A stretch of DNA of 17,349 bases from Rhodospirillaceae bacterium (GCA_024640695.1 JAHEEM010000041.1:1-17349), one strand, 5' to 3'. Positions 1-7,312 are shown, counted from the first letter of the stretch. Made by a program: numbers and translations. Notes: generated from the letters alone by a model not told the origin.

Positions 1-81
1 GGAGAATGTGCTCAATACGAATAGCAGGCCCCAGATCCAAAAATAGACCGTGAGGGGATGCTGTTGCTGACCTTCTGACAT
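1..81 (-). CDS. cytochrome c oxidase subunit IV family protein, N-terminal fragment (continues past left edge)
   Basis: Not in the ORF track because it is truncated. A minus-strand ATG at 79-81 lies 9 nt after the TAG of the upstream subunit-III gene. It translates to MSEGQQQHPLTVYFWIWGLLFVLSTFS..., a short polar head followed by a hydrophobic helix. This is typical of the small subunit IV that closes aa3/caa3 oxidase operons, and the position in the operon fits. Confidence 0.5.
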   Translation of the reverse strand, partial: MSEGQQQHPLTVYFWIWGLLFVLSTFS

Positions 82-90
82 GACTAATCC

Positions 91-774
91 CTACCAAAGA
101 TAGAAGAATGCGAAGATGAATACCCAGACGAGATCGACAAAGTGCCAGTACAGGCCCGTTATCTCGACGATTTCATAACCCCTTTTCTCGTAGTCCCCGC
201 GCAGCACTTTTAAGCCGACGACGGCGAGATAGATCACGCCAATCGACACGTGCGCGCCGTGAAAGCCCGTAATCATAAAGAAGAATGAGCCGAACTGCGG
301 CGCACCTAGCGGATTGCCCCAAGGGCGGATACCCTCGTCGACGATAAGCTTGGTCCACTCGAAGGCCTGCATGCCAACGAACATCGCGCCGAAGGCGGCC
401 GTCACGAACATCAGTGCGGCGGTCTTGGCGCGGTCGCGACGGTAGCCCATGTTCACGGCCATCGCCATCGTGCCGCTGCTCGTGATCAGGACGAAGGTCA
501 TGATCGCTATGAGCAATAGCGGTACGGTCGTACCGCCGACCGTCAGCGCAAAGACCTCTGCCGGAACCGGCCACTGCACGCGTGTAGAAGCGCGCACATT
601 CATGTAGCCGGTTAGAAAGCACGTAAAAATGAACGTGTCGCTGAGCAGGAAGATCCACATCATGGCCTTGCCCCACGGCACCTGGAACGTCTGCTTGTCC
701 CCCGCCCAGTCGTCAACCAGGCCTTTTACGCCGGGAGCTTGTGCGTCTCCCGCTATCGCTGCGTCATGTGCCAT
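91..774 (-). CDS. heme-copper (aa3-type) cytochrome c oxidase subunit III family protein (CoxP-like)
   Basis: 227-aa ORF with ATG at 772-774 and TAG at 91-93. Polytopic membrane protein with subunit-III motifs FMITGFHGAHVSIG and the C-terminal GLYWHFVDLVWVFIFAFFYLW. Confidence 0.9.
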   Translation of the reverse strand: MAHDAAIAGDAQAPGVKGLVDDWAGDKQTFQVPWGKAMMWIFLLSDTFIFTCFLTGYMNVRASTRVQWPVPAEVFALTVGGTTVPLLLIAIMTFVLITSSGTMAMAVNMGYRRDRAKTAALMFVTAAFGAMFVGMQAFEWTKLIVDEGIRPWGNPLGAPQFGSFFFMITGFHGAHVSIGVIYLAVVGLKVLRGDYEKRGYEIVEITGLYWHFVDLVWVFIFAFFYLW

Positions 775-790
775 ATGACCTTAATTCCTT

Positions 791-1465
791 CTAGCTAGAT
801 GAGAGCATGTAAAACAACACCAGCCACAGCAGCAGCAGGTAATGCCAGTAAACCGAGCAGAGCGCTACGCTGACTCGCAAGCCGGCGGCTCGCTCGACAT
901 CGTCCGGCTCGAACTCCTGCCAGGAATTCAGTGTCGCCTTGGCCCAGACGTACAGGCCGCCCAGCAGATGCAGGCCATGCAGGCCCGTGAGCAGGTAGAA
1001 AAACGCGTCTGCTGGATTTGTCGCCATGAAATGACCGGCCGCGGCGACCTCGCGCCACGCATAAGTCTGGCCCGCCAGGAAGCCGATCGTGAAAATTCCG
1101 GCCGCGGTCAAATTGATCCGCTGCGCGCCGAGGCGGCCCTGCTCTGCGGCATTGCGCGCGCGCTGCAGGGCGACACTCGCAATGACGAGCAGCGCCGTGT
1201 TGAACCAGAGCATGCGCGGATCGGCCAGCGGCCGCCAGTCCGGGAAACCGGAGCGCTCCCTGTAAATGATGATGAACAGCATAAACAGGCTGGTCACAAC
1301 ACCGAGAAAAACCCAAAGGCCCACGCGCTGTGGCGGAATGGCAGCCAAGCCGTCCTCGCTAATGACACCCTTGGCGATCCAGGACTTGGCCCTGAGCTTC
1401 CTGACGAGCAAGAACCAGACCAGGACTGCAGCGAGCAGCGCCGTAAAGAGGAGATTGACGTCCAC
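791..1465 (-). CDS. second, divergent cytochrome c oxidase subunit III family protein (CoxO-like)
   Basis: 224-aa ORF with subunit-III motifs FFYLLTGLHGLHLLGG and SVYWHYLLLLWLVLFYML. Its GTG start (1463-1465) overlaps the TAG stop of subunit I by 1 nt (TAGTG), suggesting translational coupling. The exact start is uncertain. Confidence 0.8.
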   Translation of the reverse strand: MDVNLLFTALLAAVLVWFLLVRKLRAKSWIAKGVISEDGLAAIPPQRVGLWVFLGVVTSLFMLFIIIYRERSGFPDWRPLADPRMLWFNTALLVIASVALQRARNAAEQGRLGAQRINLTAAGIFTIGFLAGQTYAWREVAAAGHFMATNPADAFFYLLTGLHGLHLLGGLYVWAKATLNSWQEFEPDDVERAAGLRVSVALCSVYWHYLLLLWLVLFYMLSSS

Positions 1466-3228
1466 TAGTGGTGGACTCCGTGGTCACGGCCGGAGACCAC
1501 GCCCTCATGGGGCGGCTCGGTCTGTGGCACGAAGTCCTGTTTCTCCCCGGGCACGCTGTAGTCGTAAGCCCAGCGGTAGACGACTGGCAGCTTGTCGCGC
1601 CAATTGCCGTGCACTGGCGGTGTGTCGGGGGTCAACCACTCGAGCGTGGTTGCGCCCCAGGGATTTCCACCTGAGGGCTTGCCGTTGCGCAGGCTCCAGA
1701 TCACATTGATGAAGAACAAGCTCTGCGAAAGCGCGACAAATATCGCCGCAACCGTGATCGCGCTGTTGAGGCCCTGCGCCGAGTCCGGGACGAAATCCGA
1801 GCCGTAGGCGTAGTAGCGGCGCGGCATTCCGAGGATGCCGAGATAATGCATTGGCAGATAGACCGAGTACGTGCCGAGCAACGTGCACCAGAAGTGCAGC
1901 TTGCCGAGCGTCTCGTTGAACATCTTGCCCGTTATCTTGGGATACCAATGATAGAGCGCAGCAAACAGCACGAGCACCGGCGAGACACCCATGACCATGT
2001 GGAAGTGGCCGATAACGAAATAGGTATCCGATAGCGGCAAATCGACAGTCACGTTGCCCAGGAACAGGCCGGTCAGGCCGCCGTGCGTAAACGTGAAGAT
2101 GAAGCCGATCGCGAACAGCATCGGCACGGTCAGATGAATGTTCCCGCGCCACAGCGTCAGCACCCAGTTGTATACCTTGAGCGCCGTCGGCACCGCGATG
2201 ATCAGCGTCGTCGTAGCGAAGAAGAAGCCGAAGTATGGGTTCATGCCGCTGACGTACATGTGATGCGCCCAGACGACAAAACTCAAGCCGCCGATTGCGA
2301 CGATGGCCCAGACCATCATGCGGTAGCCAAAAATGTTCTTGCGAGCATGCGTGGCGAGCACGTCGGAAACCATGCCGAAAGCCGGCAGGGCGACGATATA
2401 AACCTCGGGGTGACCGAAGAACCAGAACAGATGCTGGAACAGGATGGGGCTGCCGTCGTTATAGGCAGTCTGTTCCCCCATCGACAGCATCTCCGGCATG
2501 AAGAAACTCGTGCCGATCACGCGGTCGAGCAGCATCATGATGGCCGCAACGAGCAGTGCCGGGAAAGCCAGCAGGCCGAGAATTGTCGCGACGAAGATGC
2601 CCCAGACGGACAAGGGCATGCGCATGAGCGTCATGCCACGGCAGCGGGCCTGTAGAACCGTCGTTACGTAGTTGAGCCCTCCCATCGTAAACGCGATGAT
2701 GAAGACCGCCAAAGACGCCAGCATGAGCAAAATGCCGTTGCTGACGCCAGGTGTGCCCGGTGACACGGACTGCGGTGGGTAGAGCGTCCAGCCCGCGCCC
2801 GTGGGGCCGTCGGGAACGAAGAAGCTCGCCATCAGAATGATGACTGACAGCAGGTAGACCCAGAAGCTCAGCATGTTTAGGAATGGAAACACCATGTCGC
2901 GCGAGCCGACCATGAGCGGAATCAGGTAATTGCCGAAGCCGCCGAGGAACAATGCGGTCAGCAGATAGACGACCATGATCATGCCGTGCATGGTCACGTA
3001 CTGATAGTACTCGTTCGGTGAGACCAGCGTGAACGACTCAGGGAAGCCGAGCTGCAATCGGAACATACTCGACAGCAGCATGGCGACGAGACCGACCGCG
3101 ATTGCGGTCGTGCCGTACTGGATGGCGATGACCTTGTGGTCCTGGCTCCAGACGTACTTCGTTATGAACGTTTGCGGATCATGTAAATGCTGCTCGTGGT
3201 CACGGTCAGCAATTGCAACATATGCCAT
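1465..3228 (-). CDS. ctaD: cytochrome c oxidase subunit I (A1-type heme-copper oxidase catalytic subunit)
   Basis: 587 aa, ATG at 3226-3228 preceded by GGGAG. All canonical ligand motifs are present: MHGMIMV (haem a His), FGHPEVY (CuB His, D-channel Glu, cross-linked Tyr), VWAHHMY (CuB His pair), GHFHMV (haem a3 and haem a His), SRDMVFPFLN (D-channel entry), and PTALKVYNW (K-channel Lys). Confidence 0.97.
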   Translation of the reverse strand: MAYVAIADRDHEQHLHDPQTFITKYVWSQDHKVIAIQYGTTAIAVGLVAMLLSSMFRLQLGFPESFTLVSPNEYYQYVTMHGMIMVVYLLTALFLGGFGNYLIPLMVGSRDMVFPFLNMLSFWVYLLSVIILMASFFVPDGPTGAGWTLYPPQSVSPGTPGVSNGILLMLASLAVFIIAFTMGGLNYVTTVLQARCRGMTLMRMPLSVWGIFVATILGLLAFPALLVAAIMMLLDRVIGTSFFMPEMLSMGEQTAYNDGSPILFQHLFWFFGHPEVYIVALPAFGMVSDVLATHARKNIFGYRMMVWAIVAIGGLSFVVWAHHMYVSGMNPYFGFFFATTTLIIAVPTALKVYNWVLTLWRGNIHLTVPMLFAIGFIFTFTHGGLTGLFLGNVTVDLPLSDTYFVIGHFHMVMGVSPVLVLFAALYHWYPKITGKMFNETLGKLHFWCTLLGTYSVYLPMHYLGILGMPRRYYAYGSDFVPDSAQGLNSAITVAAIFVALSQSLFFINVIWSLRNGKPSGGNPWGATTLEWLTPDTPPVHGNWRDKLPVVYRWAYDYSVPGEKQDFVPQTEPPHEGVVSGRDHGVHH

Positions 3229-3295
3229 CAGAACACTCCCGGCTGCTGTCTCGTAGTTGTTTCCAAGTCCCTATGCTTACTCTCTAGATAGCGCA

Positions 3296-4660
3296 TCAAC
3301 GTAGCGTGTTGATATAGGCGACGATGTCGTTGATCGACTGGTCGTCCGGCAAAATATCCGCCATCAAACCCATCTGCTCGCCGTAAACGTCGCCCTCATG
3401 GTCGCCGCGAACACGCGATTGAAAATTCTTGAGCTGCGTGACGAGGTACCAGTCCGATCCGCCTGCGAGTCTCGGCGCGTTCATTGACCAAATACCCTCG
3501 CCATTGGCGCCATGACAGGCTGCGCAAGTCGTATACAGGCGCTCGCCGCGCTCGGTGTCGCCGGTAATCGTGGTTTCGACTGCTTGGTCGGGCATTGACT
3601 CGATATAGGCCGCTACGTTACGGATCGCATTCTGATCCGGAAGCGTTGCCATCATCGGCATCATGGTGGCGCCGTAGACGTCGCCTTCGGTGCTGCCGCG
3701 CACGCCGCTCTTGAAGTAATTGAGCTGTCGCTCGAGATACCATGCGCCGAGGCCTGCGAGCTTGGGCGCATTCAACACCTGCTGGCCCTGGCCCTGCGGC
3801 CCGTGACACGCCGCACAAACAGCGAAGCCCGCCTGCCCTGCGGTTAGGTTGGGCTCCGGCTGGGCCATGAGCTCGCCATAGGTGGGTTGGTCATCGAGCC
3901 AGCGCTCGAAGTCCGCGCGCTCTTCGACGACGACCCGGCCACGCATTGCGAAGTGGCCGACGCCACACAGCTCCTCGCAGAGAATCTCGTATTCGCCGAT
4001 CCGCGTAGGCTCGAACCATTGAAACGTAACCATCCCGGGCACGAGGTCCATCTTGACCCGGAACTGCGGTACGGCGAAGTCGTGCAGCACGTCTTTCGAC
4101 CGAAGCAGCGCTTTGTATGCCTGATTGATGGGCAGATGAACGGTTTGGTCATACACGAGCACATCGTCGCGCCCAGTCGGATCCTCAGAATCCATGCCGA
4201 AGGGATTGGATACGCTCATGTGGCTTACGTCGACGTTGCCGAAGATGCCGTCCTCTCCCGGAAACCGAAAGGTCCAATGCCACTGCTGACCTACGGCTTC
4301 GAACTCGGCGGCATCGTCCGGCACCGTCACGAACTGGCCCCAGACGACCAGGCCTGGGGCGAGCATTGCGGCGACGCCGATCGACGTCACGAGCGTGAGC
4401 CAGCCCTCGAGCTTGGTGTTCTCGGGGTCGTAATCGGCCGTGTGCCCGTCGCGCTTGCGGTATTTGACCAGGCAGTAGACCAGAAAGAGGTTGACCGCAA
4501 CGAAGACGATGCCGGTAACAATGAAGGTGATGTCGACCGTCGTATCGATCATGTCCCAGTTCGACGCGATATCCGTGAACCACCAGCCGTAGAGAGGGCT
4601 GACGAAGTGAAACACCACACTGCCGATTACCAGCAGCAGAATTACAACGGCTATGGCCAT
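3296..4660 (-). CDS. coxB: cytochrome c oxidase subunit II with a C-terminal tandem (dihaem) cytochrome c extension
   Basis: 454 aa. Two N-terminal TM helices are followed by a cupredoxin domain with a complete CuA site (HDF...CEELCGVGHFAM). Two class-I cytochrome c modules follow, with CAACH at codons 282-286 (nt 3803-3817) and CAACH at codons 379-383 (nt 3512-3526). Each is followed by a Met-rich distal-ligand segment. Confidence 0.95.
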   Translation of the reverse strand: MAIAVVILLLVIGSVVFHFVSPLYGWWFTDIASNWDMIDTTVDITFIVTGIVFVAVNLFLVYCLVKYRKRDGHTADYDPENTKLEGWLTLVTSIGVAAMLAPGLVVWGQFVTVPDDAAEFEAVGQQWHWTFRFPGEDGIFGNVDVSHMSVSNPFGMDSEDPTGRDDVLVYDQTVHLPINQAYKALLRSKDVLHDFAVPQFRVKMDLVPGMVTFQWFEPTRIGEYEILCEELCGVGHFAMRGRVVVEERADFERWLDDQPTYGELMAQPEPNLTAGQAGFAVCAACHGPQGQGQQVLNAPKLAGLGAWYLERQLNYFKSGVRGSTEGDVYGATMMPMMATLPDQNAIRNVAAYIESMPDQAVETTITGDTERGERLYTTCAACHGANGEGIWSMNAPRLAGGSDWYLVTQLKNFQSRVRGDHEGDVYGEQMGLMADILPDDQSINDIVAYINTLR

Positions 4661-4732
4661 AGCTTATAGGTCCTTATTGTCCGACAGTCGTTTCGAGCGA
4701 GGAGTCCAAATGAATGGGCCGCGACCTTCCGA

Positions 4733-5179
4733 TTACTCGACGATGAACTTGCCGTTCATCAGGACATAGTGCCCGGGAAAGGAGCAGAAGAACGTGTAGT
4801 CACCGCCGGCCTGGAGGCTGGAGATATCGAACGTGACCGAGGTCTCTTCGCCACCGCCGATGATCGCCGTTGCGGCGAGCACGCGCGAATCACCGGCTGG
4901 CAGGAAGCTTGGGGCACCCGCCGCCTGGCCCGCCTGAGCGACCGGGATATAGTCGGCTGTCGCCGCGAGCACCCAGTTGTGACCCATAGCGTTGGCAGGG
5001 AGCATGCCGGTATGCCGCAACGTAATGGTGACCTCGCCGCAGCTCGAGCTGACGCGCATCTCGGTGAGACTGAATTTGATGAGGTCGTTACCGTCAATGG
5101 TCTGGCTGCACTCTTGGCCGTACGCCGTGCCACTCATTGACCACGCTGCCAGCGCTACGATCGCGAAAATAGTTTTCAT
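4733..5179 (-). CDS. azu: azurin (type-1 blue copper protein), Sec signal peptide
   Basis: 148 aa. Signal peptide MKTIFAIVALAAWSMSGTAYG, then a mature protein colinear with Pseudomonas azurin: ECS...C disulfide pair, MGHNWVL (Gly/His Cu ligands) and FFCSFPGHYVLMNG (Cys/His/Met Cu ligands). Confidence 0.95.
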   Translation of the reverse strand: MKTIFAIVALAAWSMSGTAYGQECSQTIDGNDLIKFSLTEMRVSSSCGEVTITLRHTGMLPANAMGHNWVLAATADYIPVAQAGQAAGAPSFLPAGDSRVLAATAIIGGGEETSVTFDISSLQAGGDYTFFCSFPGHYVLMNGKFIVE

Positions 5180-5307
5180 TTAATATTTGCTCCTACCCTG
5201 GAGGCCCGGGGATTCCGGGGCGAAATGTTAGCAGAACCAATCCCTGCAAGTCATTGTTCCGAGGTAGCGGAAATCCGCTATTCTCCAGTGGCTTTTCGGC
5301 GCCCGAG

Positions 5308-6402
5308 TTACAGAATCGACGTGCTCAGCAGTGCCTGCTCGGAGATTCGCTGCCAAGCTCGCGCCTGGCTTAGGAACTGTCGATAGGAGGACCATACCCT
5401 GGCAGCGGTGGGGTCGCGTGCTGTCAGGCTCTCGATAACTTCAACGGTCAATACCCTGAGGCCGGCGAGCACATCCGCGGGAAAGGCACGGATCTCGATC
5501 GAGTCGTCGGCGCGGATCTGCTCGAGCGCGGTGGCGTTGCGGGCGTTGAACTCCGCCGTCATGTCGAGGTTCGCCGCCTGGCAGGCTACACGCACGGCGG
5601 CCTTGAGGTCCTGCGGAAGGCGGCCATAGGCCTGTGCGTTGACCATGCATTCCATCGTCGGGCCGGGTTCGTGCCAGCCTGGGTAGTAGTAGTAGCGAGC
5701 GGCCTGGTGCAGACCGAAGGCGAGGTCGTTGTAAGGCCCGACCCACTCGGTCGCGTCGATGCTGCCGGTCTGAAGCGCCGTAAAGAGTTCCGATCCCGGC
5801 AGGCTAACGGGCGTGCCGCCGGCGAGCCGCAGCACTTCGCCACCGATGCCCTGCATGCGCATCTTCAGACCGCGGAGATCGTCCATGCCATTAATTTGCC
5901 GGTTGAACCATCCGCCCATCTGCACGCCGGTGTTGCCCGCCGGGAACGGTATGAGATTAAAGGGTGCATAGACCTCCCGCCATAACTCGAGGCCACCTCC
6001 GTAATAGAGCCAAGCGTTCATCTCATGGGTGTTGAGCCCGAATGGCACGGTGGAGAAGAACTGCACGGCTTCAGACTTGCCGCGCCAGTAATACGCGCCG
6101 CTATGGCCAAGCTCGGCCGCGCCGCTCGAAACCGCATCGAAGACCTCGAAGGCTGGGATCAACTCGCCCGCCGCGTAGATCTGGACGCGCAGCCGGCCGC
6201 CGCTGGCCTGCTCGAGATAGCGGGCGAGGGTGCTCGCACCGGTACCGAGGCCAGGGAAGTTCGGCGGCCAGGTCGTGACCATTTTCCACGAGAAGCGTTC
6301 TTTGCCGGGCGCGCTCGCCACACTCGGCGCGCTCTTGCGGCCGCAGCCGCCCGCCGCGGCGCTCGCAGCCAAACTTGCCAGCAGTGTCCGTCTATCAACC
6401 AC
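5308..6402 (-). CDS. TRAP transporter substrate-binding protein (DctP family, COG4663-like), twin-arginine signal
   Basis: 364 aa with a GTG start at 6400-6402 and GGAG 9 nt upstream. The N-terminus MVDRRTLLASLAASAAAGGC carries an RR motif and a hydrophobic core. The mature part (WKMVTTWPPNFPGLG...GAYYWRGK...EWVGPYNDL...YYYYPGWHEPGP) is typical of the DctP-type periplasmic binding family. No dctQ/dctM genes lie in the window. Confidence 0.85.
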   Translation of the reverse strand: MVDRRTLLASLAASAAAGGCGRKSAPSVASAPGKERFSWKMVTTWPPNFPGLGTGASTLARYLEQASGGRLRVQIYAAGELIPAFEVFDAVSSGAAELGHSGAYYWRGKSEAVQFFSTVPFGLNTHEMNAWLYYGGGLELWREVYAPFNLIPFPAGNTGVQMGGWFNRQINGMDDLRGLKMRMQGIGGEVLRLAGGTPVSLPGSELFTALQTGSIDATEWVGPYNDLAFGLHQAARYYYYPGWHEPGPTMECMVNAQAYGRLPQDLKAAVRVACQAANLDMTAEFNARNATALEQIRADDSIEIRAFPADVLAGLRVLTVEVIESLTARDPTAARVWSSYRQFLSQARAWQRISEQALLSTSIL

Positions 6403-6471
6403 GCTCTGCAGCTCCGTACGCTAAGCCTCACTTCATAACAGAGTGTCGCCTAGGCGCCTAGTATCCGGTCA

Positions 6472-6600
6472 GAAACCCACTTAATAATAAAAACGGATAT
6501 ATAAAGATAATAAATATCCACTATATGATTGTTACTTCTATAGTGGGATTTTACTCCATTTAATTCGCTATTCTATTGGCCTCCGTGGGATTTTATCGCA
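6472..6600. promoter_or_regulatory. AT-rich island with inverted and direct repeats in the divergent TRAP-SBP / dtd intergenic region (candidate operator/promoter region)
   Basis: Local composition switches abruptly from GC-rich to strongly AT-rich. There is a perfect inverted repeat, CCACTATA (6518-6525) / TATAGTGG (6539-6546), with a 13-nt spacer. It extends imperfectly to about 15-nt arms (6511-6525 vs 6539-6553). An 11-nt direct repeat GTGGGATTTTA occurs at 6543-6553 and 6585-6595. A related inverted copy, GAAACCCAC, lies at 6472-6480. Confidence 0.5.
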
Positions 6601-6694
6601 CAAGACCGGGAGTCCACCTGGGTTTGCGCGCGGCCCTCCTCGCAGCCTATGCATTGGCTCCCCGGCGGTGTTGCTGCCGATCTGGCCCACGCGC

Positions 6695-6737
6695 CGCGAC
6701 GCGACGCTGTTGCCCTGGTCGATCTGCTCGCGTCGCG
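6695..6737. repeat. perfect 10-bp inverted repeat (stem-loop) in the GC-rich leader upstream of dtd
   Basis: CGCGACGCGA (6695-6704) and TCGCGTCGCG (6728-6737) are exact reverse complements separated by 23 nt. No U-tract follows on either strand. Function unknown. Confidence 0.5.
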
Positions 6738-6796
6738 ACTCCTTAGCTTGCCGACCCGGCGGGGCTGAGCCAGAGTAGCGCAACGGTGAGGTGCCC

Positions 6797-7246
6797 ATGA
6801 TCGGTTTGTTGCAGAGGGTCAGCGAGGCCCGCGTCGAGATAGACGGCGAGTGCGTGGCCGCGATCGGGCGCGGACTGCTGGTTCTCATCGGGGTCGAGCG
6901 TGGAGACGGGTCTACCGAGGCGGCACGGCTGCTCGAGCGGCTCGTGAGCTTTCGGGTATTCGAGGATGAGGCTGGACGCATGAACCTGGATGTTCGCGAG
7001 GTCGGCGGTGCTCTGCTGCTCGTGCCGCAGTTTACGCTCGCTGCCGATACGGCGAAGGGTAACCGCCCCGGCTTCTCGCGCGCCGCCGAGCCGGCGCAGG
7101 GCAAAGCGCTCTTTGATGAGGTCGCCGCTGCCGCGCGCGCGCAAGGCATAGCCGTAGCCACGGGGGTATTCGGGGCCACGATGCGTGTCGCGCTCTGCAA
7201 CGAAGGCCCAGCAACGTTCTGGTTACAGGCGGCACCGCAGCCTTGA
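6797..7246 (+). CDS. dtd: D-aminoacyl-tRNA deacylase
   Basis: MIGLLQRVSEARVEIDGE...GLLVLIGVERGD...MNLDV...GALLLVPQFTLAADTAKGNRPGFSRAA...GVFGATMRVALCNEGPATFWL is colinear with Dtd. I prefer the ATG at 6797, which has GGTGAGG 6 nt upstream and gives the family-typical MIGLLQRV N-terminus, over the GTG at 6791 used by the ORF track. Confidence 0.93.
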   Translation: MIGLLQRVSEARVEIDGECVAAIGRGLLVLIGVERGDGSTEAARLLERLVSFRVFEDEAGRMNLDVREVGGALLLVPQFTLAADTAKGNRPGFSRAAEPAQGKALFDEVAAAARAQGIAVATGVFGATMRVALCNEGPATFWLQAAPQP

Positions 7247-7312
7247 CGGTGGCGATGAACAACCGGGGTTTGGCGTATCATTGCGGGTTCGTATCCGCAC
7301 TGGAGGATTGAA

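Noticed and set aside
3887-4669. 260-aa plus-strand ORF antisense to subunit II, plus similar shadows at 842-1468 (+), 2083-2655 (+) and 1505-2152 (-)
   Set aside because: These overlap strongly supported oxidase genes on the opposite strand or in another frame. Their composition is Arg/Asp/His/Ala-rich with no motifs, so they are GC-bias artefacts.
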